The translations under genes and the position numbers were made by a program. Positions 51,096-64,000 of a stretch of 64,000 nt of DNA are shown piece after piece (the first letter of the stretch is position 1; every line of letters starts with the position of its first letter). The notes below the pieces were generated by a model. The model was not told the DNA's origin and searched no databases. It saw only the letters and a program-made list of their open reading frames with translations. Source of the stretch: Octopus sinensis (lineage: Eukaryota); the NCBI RefSeq assembly GCF_006345805.1, contig NC_042999.1:80042001-80106000 (forward strand). Direction: 5' to 3'.

Positions 51096-52549
51096 GATAA
51101 AGTCTGAAACCGTCATAAGCAGTGACGAAATAACAAGTGCAGTGTTGACAAGATATCCAGCTGAAAACCTGTTTGATAGTATATGTTTGATATACTATGT
51201 TTGATATCATATTTAATTAATTTGTTCTCAGTTCTGAAATGTGGTGTACCACACCATTGTTACCCGCGTAATACTTGTTAGTCGTAGGTCTGAGACCTTG
51301 GTAAACCCTTATACTTAAATAATCCATCTTTGTGTATCTTGGATGTCTTTAGCCTGATCTACTCTGATGCAAGTATTGACGTCAAGTCATCTTCCTTCTT
51401 TTCCACTGGGCTCGAAGACAGTGTCCATGGTCCAAGGAAAGATCATGGACACTGCCTTTCCTCTAAAATAAAAAGATATAAAAAAAGAACTAGGAAATAT
51501 TTAGTAGTGTAGCGTCTCTGCACAAACTTTCTCAAGATTTCTTTTTCACCTTGTGCCATTTTATTAAGCAGCTCGGAAGATGACGACCTTAACGATAAGG
51601 CCCAGAAAATTATATTAATTCTTCCACAAGTTCGACAATTAGATATTTAATCAATAATAGTTGCAAGTGAGATAAACAAGTAAAGCTTTAGGAAAAATAC
51701 ACGAATAAATACTAATTACTAGTTGGAACACCGTGTTTTGTTGTGCAACCATAAATGTTTCTTAAGTCAATAGTGTGCCCTCTCGCCTTAGCTGTTGTTG
51801 TTGTTGTTAAGCAACAAGACGGGTAAGGGTGATTAGGTGATGGTCTAGGGCTTAGGGGCGGGAGACCTCAGACCTTGGAAAACAAAACTTTGGTGGTTTT
51901 GTAGTCGAGGGCTCTTCGTTGACGCCCGACACCACAGGGAGGTGGCCTTCGAAGTCGCTGGAAATGGAGATCTCCAGGTCCAAATTCTTGAACGGCATCG
52001 CCTTGGCTGTGTGATTCAACCACATTTTAATGTTATCAAAGATTTTCTCTTGAAATTAGAGCCAACATTAAAAGTTACGACGCTTCGTATACGAATACGT
52101 CTATGTAAAGAATGCGATCGAAGGTAGAAAAATAAGTAGGTAACGGCCGCATAGGCATATATCAGTTCTTGTACATATATATGCACAAGAACTAAACAAA
52201 ATCAAAGGTAAAAAGATCTGTGAGGTTAAGCTCACCTCTAAATATACGTAGGTGAATGATAAAAAAAGAGTTACTGTGTTAATAGTGTGTCCAAATATTA
52301 ACCATGCATTTTACTTCTATATAAACATACGTACACGTATCTAGAAATAAAACTAGCTGAGTAAAAAAATAACAGAAGCAAATAGATATAATCAAATGTC
52401 GAGAAAATTCCCTTGAGCTGTGTCTATAAGGTTTATTATTAAGTGAGGTATTTTGACGTAAGTCACAGGCTACTAAATTATTATAATTCTCTTGTGTTGC
52501 AAAACAAGCTTCATTTAGATCTGATGAGCTATTATAAATAAACGCATCC

Positions 52550-52603
<54 letters not shown>

Positions 52604-52862
52604 ATATATATATATATATATTATAATATATATATACATATATTATATATGTTATGTATGTATGTGTGTATATGTGTGTGTGTGTGTAAAACTGACAGGT
52701 ACACACACTCACACATACATACATATATATATTCATGCATAAACACACATACATAAGTATATTATATAAACAGCAAAATGCCTGACAGACACATACATAC
52801 ATACATACATACATACATACATACATACATACATACATACATACATGCATACATAGTACGTA

Positions 52863-53013
<151 letters not shown>

Positions 53014-53239
53014 GCAAAAGTTTACATGTATCATACATACGAACAAAAAATTACACATAATTACACTCCGTTAAGAAGAGACGAGAAATTATCAAATAAG
53101 ATAAGCAACATATATATTTTAGGATAGCAAGTAATATTATCATTATATACGTGTACACATATGCAAAAAATGAGTACCTCTATATGTAAATATATGTATG
53201 TTTGTATGTATGTATGTATGTATGTATGTATGTATGTAT

Positions 53240-53661
53240 GTCCGCATGTCCGACACTCGCATCCCAAAACAGCTCTTCTACGGTGAACTCGGCCAGGGCA
53301 GGCGCAAAGTCGGAGGGCAGAAAAAGCGCTACAAGGATAGTCTCAAGGTCTCTCTCAAAGACTTCTCCATCGGAACAGAGACCTGGGAGACACTTGCTGC
53401 CAACCGCTCATCCTGGCGCAGCGCAATCACCGTGGGAGCAGGGACAGCCGAGGAGGGACGGATTCGGTCAGCGGAGCAGAAACGTCAGATGCGTAAAGTC
53501 AGAGCCGCCTGCACCAGTAGCACTGCCCCTACCCACTTCTGCCCCACCTGTGGAAGGGGCTTCCTTGCCCGGATTGGCCTCACCAGCCACCTCCGGTCTC
53601 ATGGCGGCAGTTCCATCAGATGAAGTCAGTTGGTCATCTTCGAACCGAAGGACGAACGAAC
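53240..53661 (+). mobile_element. Young RTE-clade LINE 3' fragment with a C2H2 finger, in (TATG)n
   Basis: Stop-free VRMSDTRIPKQLFYGEL..GGQKKRYKD..W..LAANRSSWR..CPTCGRGFLARIGLTSHLRSH*, then a short 3' UTR; TATG repeats on both sides. Confidence 0.88.
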
Positions 53662-53914
53662 ATGTATGTATGTATGTATGTACGTGTGTTTGTATGTTTG
53701 TATATATATGTGTATATGTGAGTGTGCCATATATATATATGGCAAATAAGAAATCAAGGTTAAACCACTTTTTTCCCGCCAATGTATAACACTCAGTTGC
53801 GAGATTACCACGTAATAACTTGCACTTGGGCATGAATAACTGGGTACACAACCAACAGTATATTGTATAGGTACTATCCCTTAGTTGGTTTCTCAAGCTC
53901 TAACTCACAGAGAA

Positions 53915-53950
<36 letters not shown>

Positions 53951-53958
53951 TATATATA

Positions 53959-53990
<32 letters not shown>

Positions 53991-54017
53991 TATATATAAT
54001 ATATATATATAATATAT

Positions 54018-54056
<39 letters not shown>

Positions 54057-54060
54057 ATGT

Positions 54061-54640
54061 ATTTTGCCTTTGTGAGAATCTTTTTAAGTGATTTAGGTTG
54101 TTTGTACAAACAACCTAAATCACTTAATAAGATTCTCACAAAGGCAAAATTGCTTTCTGAAATTACGGATGCAAAAGTAAAAAAATGTGGTAGAACAAAC
54201 TGTGCAACATGCCCAAACCTTCTAGAAGGATCAGAATCCCTCTTCAAAGAGGGACAAAAATCCAAGATCAAATCTAATTTTACTTGTGCCTCTGAAAACA
54301 TAATTTATGTCATAAGATGCTCGGGCTGCCACTAAAACTACGTGGGGTCCACGGGACTATCACTCAGACGTAGATGCACACTGCATCGACAACAGATTGC
54401 ATTCCCAGAATACAGAATGATACCCTTTAGTGAGCATATTGAGAAATGCGCAAAGCAACTACTACCACAATTTTTAATCTTTCCATTTTATCAATGTGCT
54501 TTCGGATCATCATCACAAATTAGACTAAACAAGGAAACATTTTTCATTGAAAAATATAAGCCCAAACTTTACCACTCTAACATTCTTATACAAGAAACTC
54601 ACCCCATTAAATTTTTAAAAAGGCAAGAAATATAAAGCGA
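54061..54640 (+). mobile_element. Penelope-like element fragment: GIY-YIG endonuclease region with a 5' inversion
   Basis: KCGRTNCATC..FTCASENIIYVIRCSGCH*NYVGSTGLSLRRRCTLH..E..FI..YKP.L; one in-frame stop at 54333-54335. Confidence 0.85.
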
Positions 54641-54932
54641 TTATCTCCCTTACACCGGAAGAAATCACTTATTACCTCCCCTTACCTGTAACTCTTCTTT
54701 ACACTTCTTAACGAAATCATAACAATGTTTTGAGAAATTTGAAAAGTTAAACACGAAACCGGTAATTTCTTCAAAAACTATGTCACTGTATGAAAAAATT
54801 TTATAACATTCTTCTGACATAATGACTCAAATATATATTTTTTAACCTTTTAAAACAAGCCTTCTGTAGTTTTTTCACTTTTTACTATTTTCTATATATT
54901 CAACCACGTGCTTTCACACACCAACTTTCTCA

Positions 54933-54965
<33 letters not shown>

Positions 54966-54969
<4 letters not shown>

Positions 54970-56355
54970 TAGCAAACGCCCCCACCCCCGTCCATTGGAC
55001 AGTTTGTATAAGTGAAGAAGGTTAACTTGGACGGTGTTGAGTTGTCGTTTGGTGATTGCTTGGGATAGTTACTTTTGGTTAAGGCACTAAAGATTCCTGA
55101 GTCGTTAAAACTGTTGACTGTTTCTTCTAAATAAGGAAAATTAATTGATAGTGAATCTTAACACAGTGAACCTTTTCAAAATTGTCATGAGGCCAATGAA
55201 ATGAAGGAAAGCTGTTCAACCCACAATTCATACAAATTCCAGTGGAATCGGACATTATAATTAGCCTTAAACTTTTAGCACTCAAATACTTTCATATTAG
55301 GATAAGCACAGTGTACTCTTCCATGGTACCTACCTCATGTTGACACCTATATGTCAAATTGAATGCTGTTTTATCTCTAAAGTGAATATTGCAAGTGATA
55401 TTTAAGCAATAAACAGTTCTTTGGCTTTTGCATTTGACGACTGTTGCTTTACGTATTTTCTTTCGATTTTCACTGGCGTAGTGATAAGAATTACGGGATA
55501 AGTAACATTAGCTTTGAATAAAAATATAAATTGAAGTTTTAATCACCCGATGGACAGGCAAACAGAACCTGCTACTTAATAAAGGTTGAAACTCGGGGTG
55601 AAATAACACAATGGTGCAATAAAATAACCTAAGGCATCTTCTTTGCAAATCAATTTTATCTCAAATATTGAACCATACCGCTTATTTTTTAAAGCTGGAT
55701 GAGAAACGTTGGGCAAGGTTTTAGATGTAAGCCCCAAAATTTTTCACGTTTTATAAGCATTCAATTAGTCTTTTCTACTATCCATTGAATTTTGTTGAGA
55801 ATATCTTCAGAAAATTGAGTAATCATCAGTTATTTATTTGCTTTATTTTCACTTTTTGCTCACTTAAAGTAACTGCCTTTTCCTAGTAGTTTTTCATGTC
55901 AGCTGGCTTAATTGCACGAAAAACAGCCGTAAGAACACATTTGACCGCGAATGCACGTGGTTGATTACAGTTAATTAAAGTTAGAGTGATATCGATTTTT
56001 TTAGCCGCTTACAAACGTGTGAAAACGCAAATATGAATACAGTTGTTCGTGGTCTAATATTTAAATCAAAATGAGACTGTATTTACAAATAGCAAGTTTT
56101 ATGTACATATATCTGTCATTTAAATGTGGAAACATAAAAATGAATTGTTTAGAACTCGGTTAATGAACAGGATGGCGGAAGAAACAGGACAAAATGATTA
56201 CAAAAATAGCAAGTCTCCCTTTGAAGCTAACAATTTTGAAAATCTTTATAGATTACGGAACGCTCCGCGCTCTGGTGTATCCATGTTTAAAATTTCAGCA
56301 CAATTGGATGAACAATACTCGAGTTATAACCGCACAAAAACAGACAAACATTTAA
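54966..56355 (+). mobile_element. Possible Helitron-derived element
   Basis: Starts TACTAGCAAACGCCCC..GTCCATTGGAC after (TA)n and ends with an AAATTTCAG..TTGGATGAA..GAGTT..ACAGACAAAC motif like the 42686 element; no clear helicase reading. Confidence 0.3.
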
Positions 56356-56735
56356 CATCCTGCTACTATCATTGCGTTCCCGCATTCTTCTTCTTCTTCT
56401 TCTTCTTCTTCTTCTTCTTCTTTTCTTCTTCTTCTTCTCCTCCTTCTTCTATGCAAGAATTCACAACGATCTTGAACCCACAAGAGTGAACAAGAGAGAC
56501 AGAGCCAGGCAGAAATAAGAAAAATGCCACTTTTTAGCATTTTCTACCTTGACTTTTTTAGTGTACTGTGAACTTTGCTGCAGAGAGGGGAGTGAAATAG
56601 TTGACAAGAGAAAAAAAAATGGTCGCAGCATGGATGTAACACTTTTGTCAACTTTCCACTGAAGAAGGACAATGCCCGAAACGTTGGATTTTTCACTCCC
56701 ACATCAAGTTCACTGTACTCTCTTTATCGAGTGTA

Positions 56736-56776
<41 letters not shown>

Positions 56777-57727
56777 CACATACACACACTTACATCCAAG
56801 TATATCTGCATAACTGTCCGTTTTCTTTTCCTATTTCTTGTAAGTATGGGCGGTGTGTTACACCTGCTCTCTTTATATCTATATTTACCTCAGTCTCTCT
56901 CTCTCTCTCTCATTCTGTCTCTCGCTCTTTCTCATTTTCCCTCTCTATCTCTCCTTCTGCTCTACATGCAAAGTTGCACACATACACACACACACACGAA
57001 CACACATATAAATATAGACATATGTGCGCGCATACTTGTACGCATGCACATGTTGTATGTGTGCGAATGTGTACGTTATATATGTATATCTATCTATCTA
57101 TATATATATATATATATATATAATATAATATATATATATATGAAAGTATAGATATAAGCGTATATACTTTCAGATATACGCGTCAATAATCAAAATGAGA
57201 AATAGCAAAATTTAGCAACAGAAATAAACAACCGAACGAAGAAAATACCATAATCATCAACAACGGCTACACACACACAGATACTCACACACACACATAC
57301 ATGCAACAACAACACCAACAACAAAAACAACGCATACAAATAAGTATAAATATAAAAAGCGAAACAATTACGAAGTTGAAATGAGAATTGCGAAAATATA
57401 TAAATATACAAATAAGTAAATAAATAAATATACGGTAAATGATATGTGTTTTCTGTGTTTCGACATTGGCCAACATAATTAGCGACACATTCGTTGGAAT
57501 GATGATGGAATCGGTAAAGAAATTCTCTTGTAATCTTTCTCATCTTTTACATTGTTAGTTCTGCATTATATTATATAGTTCAACTATTTCAAGACAGATT
57601 AGCGGAATTGTATGCATGCGTGTGTGTGTGTGCGCGCGCGCGCCTGTGTATGTATGAAAACTTCTATAGTATATATGCATGCATATATATATATATATAT
57701 TATATATATATATATATAATATATATA

Positions 57728-57763
<36 letters not shown>

Positions 57764-57798
57764 TGTATATAAACAATATATATATATATATATATGAA

Positions 57799-57841
<43 letters not shown>

Positions 57842-57999
57842 ATATATATATATATATATAGATGAATGTATATATATATGTATACATAAATATATATGTA
57901 TGTGTATATATCATATATATATATATAAACACACATAAACATTTATTTACATATATATACACATATACATATTAACATGTATATACACATATACATATT

Positions 58000-58073
<74 letters not shown>

Positions 58074-58133
58074 TATTAACATATATATACACACATATAC
58101 ATATTAACATATATATACACACATATACATATT

Positions 58134-58174
<41 letters not shown>

Positions 58175-58292
58175 GGATATATATTTTTACTTATATGTAA
58201 ATATATATGTATTAATATATGTATATATGTATGGATGTACATATATATGTATATATATATATATATATGTATATATATAGGGATATATATAT

Positions 58293-58985
58293 AGATATTC
58301 ATGCATACATATATACATACCTACATACATACATGCATGTACAAATATATACATTCATACAAGCGCATAGCTGAAAGCGCATGTGTATGTATGTATGCGT
58401 GTATGTATGTATGCGTGTGTATGTATGTGTAATTATATGTATGTATGTATGTTCTTTATATTTATTAGAAAACCATCTTCAATGAGAAAGCTAGTTTCTG
58501 TTAAAGAAATAAGAACTCCCTCGTTGGTATTTGGATAACAGCAGCAATAGTTGTTACTTATAAAACCTTAATAAAATCTTCCATATTTTTAGTGTTTTTT
58601 TACAGATTGTATCTGTAATTTTCGTGATAGTCAGACTCCTTCTTTGCTTGAAAATCATAGCTTCCCTAGATTGTGGGAGAGGCGTTTACTAACATGATTG
58701 AATGCACCAATGACACAATGTTCCATCTTTGGAATGTAGATAAAAAAATGTCTCGTATTGAACTTGAAGAAAGTCTTGCATATTTTTACTGTTCTGTTTA
58801 CGGATCATATGTGCGTGTTAGATTCTTAATTTTTTTCTCGGAAAACTTTAACTTTTACTGGAAGTACCTCTCCATTCAGTAATCCAAAGGCTGAAGGACA
58901 CGGGCTCATGTTAAGGGCCTGCAAAACTTAAAATCGCACGGAACCGAATCAAACTGTTTGAAATAATATACATATATATATATGT

Positions 58986-59023
<38 letters not shown>

Positions 59024-59833
59024 TTATGTATGTATGTATATATGCATGCATGTATGTATATAAAAGTAAGCTATATCTTATCCACTCAAAAGTGTATGTG
59101 TCTACTGATCATATAATAAACGGGGCTTTTCTATCACTGGTTTTGGAGAAACAGGTGTTTGTACAGTTTAGATAACTAGTTGAAAATGTCTTAATTGTAA
59201 GCTAGACCAACACCAATTTAATCTCAGTCTAACCTATGCTGTGTGGTTATCTATTACCAACGAACATTCTATTGTGAACCTTGGAATACATCAAAACCAG
59301 CCTTGTACACAAAGAATGACATGACCTGAATTTGACACCTACTTATCCCTTTACTTCAAGGACTGACCGACCACCTCTCCGAAAAAAAAAATTCCTACTC
59401 AAACCAAAATAAATCGCTTCACCATACTTTCCTTTCATCTGACACCCTACAAACGCATATTTTTTAGTTAAACTTTCTTCTGTATTAGACAACCACTTTT
59501 CCTGTCGACTTACACCATACATAATTAATATTCAAATAACTCCACCTACAGAAAAAAATGTGAAAAATACATCATATCAAAAAGAGCCAAAATAAATCAT
59601 TCTGTTGTAGGCGACCTGGTCGAAAATTCGAAGGCATTGTCAAATTTTCCTTGTAAAAGTTAATATATACACAACATTATTCAATAATTTTTCAGGTTAA
59701 TTTTAAATTACCAATTAAATCACCATAGTTTGACATAAAAGCGTAAACTAATATATATGTATGCATAGATGTAAATGCATATGTTCATCTACATATATGT
59801 ATGCATTTATCTCCTTATATGTAAATGCATGTG

Positions 59834-59930
<97 letters not shown>

Positions 59931-61465
59931 TATAGATATTCATGCATACATATATACATACCTACATACATACATGCATGTACAAATATATACATTCATA
60001 CAAGCGCATAGCTGAAAGCGCATGTGTATGTATGTATGCGTGTATGTATGTATGCGTGTGTATGTATGTGTAATTATATGTATGTATGTATGTTCTTTAT
60101 ATTTATTAGAAAACCATCTTCAATGAGAAAGCTAGTTTCTGTTAAAGAAATAAGAACTCCCTCGTTGGTATTTGGATAACAGCAGCAATATTGTTACTTA
60201 TAAAACCTTAATAAAATCTTCCATATTTTTAGTGTTTTTTTACAGATTGTATCTGTAATTTTCGTGATAGTCAGACTCCTTCTTTGCTTGAAAATCATAG
60301 CTTCCCTAGATTGTGGGAGAGGCGTTTACTAACATGATTGAATGCACCAATGACACAATGTTCCATCTTTGGAATGTAGATAAAAAAATGTCTCGTATTG
60401 AACTTGAAGAAAGTCTTGCATATTTTTACTGTTCTGTTTACGGATCATATGTGCGTGTTAGATTCTTAATTTTTTTCTCGGAAAACTTTAACTTTTACTG
60501 GAAGTACCTCTCCATTCAGTAATCCAAAGGCTGAAGGACACGGGCTCATGTTAAGGGCCTGCAAAACTTAAAATCGCACGGAACCGAATCAAACTGTTTG
60601 AAATAATATACATATATATATATGTAAGTGTGTGTGTGTGTGTGTGTGTGTATTTATGTATGTATGTATATATGCATGCATGTATGTATATAAAAGTAAG
60701 CTATATCTTATCCACTCAAAAGTGTATGTGTCTACTGATCATATAATAAACGGGGCTTTTCTATCACTGGTTTTGGAGAAACAGGTGTTTGTACAGTTTA
60801 GATAACTAGTTGAAAATGTCTTAATTGTAAGCTAGACCAACACCAAATTTAATCTCAGTCTAACCTATGCTGTGTGGTTATCTATTACCAACGAACATTC
60901 TATTGTGAACCTTGGAATACATCAAAACCAGCCTTGTACACAAAGAATGACATGACCTGAATTTGACACCTACTTATCCCTTTACTTCAAGGACTGACCG
61001 ACCACCTCTCCGAAAAAAAAAATTCCTACTCAAACCAAAATAAATCGCTTCACCATACTTTCCTTTCATCTGACACCCTACAAACGCATATTTTTTAGTT
61101 AAACTTTCTTCTGTATTAGACAACCACTTTTCCTGTCGACTTACACCATACATAATTAATATTCAAATAACTCCACCTACAGAAAAAAATGTGAAAAATA
61201 CATCATATCAAAAAGAGCCAAAATAAATCATTCTGTTGTAGGCGACCTGGTCGAAAATTCGAAGGCATTGTCAAATTTTTCCTTGTAAAAGTTAATATAT
61301 ACACAACATTATTCAATAATTTTTCAGGTTAATTTTAAATTACCAATTAAATCACCATAGTTTGACATAAAAGCGTAAACTAATATATATGTATGCATAG
61401 ATGTAAATGCATATGTTCATCTACATATATGTATGCATTTATCTCCTTATATGTAAATGCATGTG

Positions 61466-61510
<45 letters not shown>
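58293..61510. repeat. Two near-identical tandem copies of a ~1.64-kb unit (58293-59933 and 59934-~61510)
   Basis: Identical ORFs at 58673 and 60313; the visible differences are indels in homopolymers or microsatellites. Confidence 0.95.
58600..58870 (-). mobile_element. RLE-element 3' fragment (duplicated at ~60240-60510)
   Basis: GTTCCATCTTTGG and GAACTTGA...GCATATTTTTACTGTTC are shared with 29134-29210. Confidence 0.65.
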
Positions 61511-61515
<5 letters not shown>

Positions 61516-61544
61516 CTTTAATATTACTTTCGATGATGATATAA

Positions 61545-62480
61545 CTAAAGCCAACTTTTTGGGATATTACCCTTCACATATATAATGATTCATATTTCCC
61601 ATACCATAAACCTTCAACTAATTTTAAATATATTAGTTCTTTCAGTTATCATCCAAAGGCTATTACAAGGAACCTAGTTAGAAATATTTCACCTAGACTT
61701 TCTAGATTATCTACTAATGTTGATACCTTCAACGACAAGCCGAATTATATAACTGCCTTACTTAAAGCAGGCTGTATGAAAAAAATCACCCATATTAACA
61801 CTATTGACATTAATTCAGCCTCTATTAATCAGGACGGTAATAATACAAATTTTAGTTCGAATAACACTAAATCGAAAAATGTAATTTTGCAGCGTAAGGG
61901 AGATAACCGTTCTTTATATCCCCTTATACGTAATAAAAATAAGTCTAGGACTTATTTTTAAGATAATTACTCTAATAACAAGGTGTGTCCTAGTAAAACT
62001 GTTTGGCCGATCATTTGATAAGAAAAGCAGATCAAATCCAACCTCTCTTACCAGTTTCGTGAAGCTATAGTTAAGAATTTTCCAAAAAATTCCAGATACC
62101 GTTCCATTATGAATTCACACCGAATTAGGATAGGTTTTTCAAACACCAAAAACCTTTCACTAATCATCTCTTCGCATAACAGTAAGTTGTTAAATACAAA
62201 TCTACTTAATGAAAATAATAAGAATGATATTATTAACGCTAACCATCATGTGAACAATATTAACAACATTAATATCTCTGATATAAATTCGAATCCTATT
62301 CGTTTCCTTAGCAGTAATTCTAAGACTAGAAACTCTGTTTATCAATGTAAAATTACTTCCGGTTCTGATGTCTTTTTTTAAAATATATATATAAGTAGCT
62401 CTTGTAAACACGTTTATCGTTGTAAACATTGGCAAAAACATACCTTTAGTTCCTATAAGAAATTCTACCAATCTATAAAG
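61545..62480 (+). pseudogene. Decayed Penelope-like element: RT thumb, linker and GIY-YIG start
   Basis: YFPYHKPSTNFKYISSFSYHPKAI..RLSRLS..AL.KAG; FPKNSRYRSIMNSHRIRIGFSNTKNL..IISSHNSKLL; SVYQCKIT. Confidence 0.72.
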
Positions 62481-62621
62481 TCCGGCCTTTAACTGTCTTA
62501 CATTTCATTTCCACTACATATGTCTATTTCCACATTTTAAAACTATTTTCTCATTCATTTATCACACTATATTTTCCCACTCTTAATTATCTGCTAATTT
62601 CTTTCTTTCCTCTCCTCTTTT

Positions 62622-62680
<59 letters not shown>

Positions 62681-62864
62681 GAGGGCTTTGTCGCGAAAAT
62701 AAAGAGATGTGGGTTCGAGTACTACGCGTAAGGGAAAACCTAAAACCTACTTTGCCTCATTATTAGACTATTTTCTTTAGTCAATTTGCGGTGATCGCTT
62801 ACAAGCATTAAGCTTATAAAATACTATTATTACTATTTGCGGAAGATAATAATAATACTTTGTA

Positions 62865-63095
62865 TTTTGTTTCCTCTGTGTGGCCAATAAAGAAATATAT
62901 GTTTGTCTCTGTCTATATTTTTTCTTGTTTTACGATCCCTTTTGATCGAACACCTATCCCCTTTTTTTCTTTTTTTTTTTCTCCCCAAAAAGAAAAGCTC
63001 TACTTTGTAATTTGTCCGCTCTGTGTGGCTAATAAAGAAACATATCTATCTGCTTGTTTCTGTCTGTCTGTTTGTCTATCTATCTATCTATCAGT
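62865..63095 (+). mobile_element. Relic 3' ends of the Tx1-like family (two tandem tails)
   Basis: ...CTCTGTGTGGCCAATAAAGAAATATAT, then CGATCCCTTTTGATCG..AAGAAAAGCTCTACTTTGTAATTTGT..CTGTGTGGCTAATAAAGAAACA|TATCTATC. Confidence 0.85.
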
Positions 63096-63153
63096 GTGAT
63101 ATATATATATTTTGGGTTCAACATATTGCTGTTCTACACGCCGTCACACACGT

Positions 63154-63187
<34 letters not shown>

Positions 63188-64000
63188 ATAGTCACACGCC
63201 CATAGTTTTCTCTTTGACTTTGAAGCTTTGTTTCTTTACTCGATCTTCAACACACACACTTACACACACATATATAAGTGTTTGTGTGTGTGCGTGAGAG
63301 ATAGAGAGAGAGAGACAGACAGACAGAGAGAGTGGAGAGAAAGACAGAAAGCTAGACATACAGACAAAGAAAGAGAAAGTGTAGATAAATCTGAACTGTG
63401 TCTGAATAAATATAAGAACACGTCTGCATAGGTATGTAGTGTGCCTGTAACAATAGGTCGTCAGGTTAAGACGAAAATTGTTCCCAGTGGTTTCGGTTCA
63501 TCAGGATACACTCACCTATATCTCTGTAAGCGAAAGCTAGGAGTGACATGAGAAAATCTTGATGAATTATTAAGTAACCAGCTGGTTCGCTCCTCATCTC
63601 GATATATCTTTGAGGCGCCTAATTTAGCAATATTACTGACACACACACAAAATTAGGCACTCATGCTTATTTCATTCGAGCCGAATTTACTTTGTCTGTT
63701 TAACCTGCCACCTGTTTAACACCACCACCTGACCCGTAGGCACCGTTAGCGTCGGCTCTTCTGTTGAAAACTATCAGTATAGTCGATAATTCCCCTTCCA
63801 CCTGTTTCAAAAACCCTACAGAAGACCATGGTCGTTGATCTTCCATTTTTGATTAAGTTATTAAAAAAATACTCATGTGCTCCTTGAACGGTGTCTGCTC
63901 TTCCGAAAACGAAACTTCTGTGGTTTCCCCAAAAGTGCATTCAAATGGATTAATAAAATAGCTGAGAGCTTGGGTGTTTATACCTTGCATCAATACAAAC

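Noticed and set aside
56124-56489. 121-aa ORF as a host gene
   Set aside because: It lies in a repeat-like end, runs into a (TTC)n tract, and shows no recognisable domain or splice support.
58673-58882. Duplicated 69-aa ORF as a gene pair
   Set aside because: It is the antisense of an RLE-element 3' fragment inside the tandem duplication.
63746-63940. 64-aa ORF at the window end
   Set aside because: No motif I can recognise; cannot be supported without a search.

Overview
AT-rich, microsatellite-saturated eukaryotic DNA with no convincing host exon. Octopus or another cephalopod is inferred from the SINE families and repeat style. The centrepiece is a ~17 kb block (8256-25234): five co-oriented, minus-strand L1/Tx1-clade non-LTR retrotransposons, each embedded in (GATA)n/(TATC)n. 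Two are full length (A 8690-~14612; E 18951-~25067, a diverged subfamily). They carry ORF1 (RRM-like + CCHC) and ORF2 (APE + RT + Cys/His finger), broken mostly by single-base indels. Three are independently 5'-truncated (B, C, D). Every 3' end is AATAAA-GAAA-xx fused directly to TATC repeats. This supports a GATA-microsatellite-targeting retrotransposon. Supporting observations are conserved UTR hairpins, a possible very long target-site duplication, a relic copy at ~62.9 kb, and a tRNA-derived SINE family whose 3' tail matches the 3' end of subfamily E. The rest of the window holds two SINE families, mariner and hAT derivatives, RTE, CR1/Jockey-like, RLE-type and Penelope-like fragments (two with hammerhead-ribozyme-like cores), several fold-back palindromes, and a near-identical 1.64 kb tandem duplication. 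Coordinates were read by eye; no database search or alignment program was run, so novelty is unverified.
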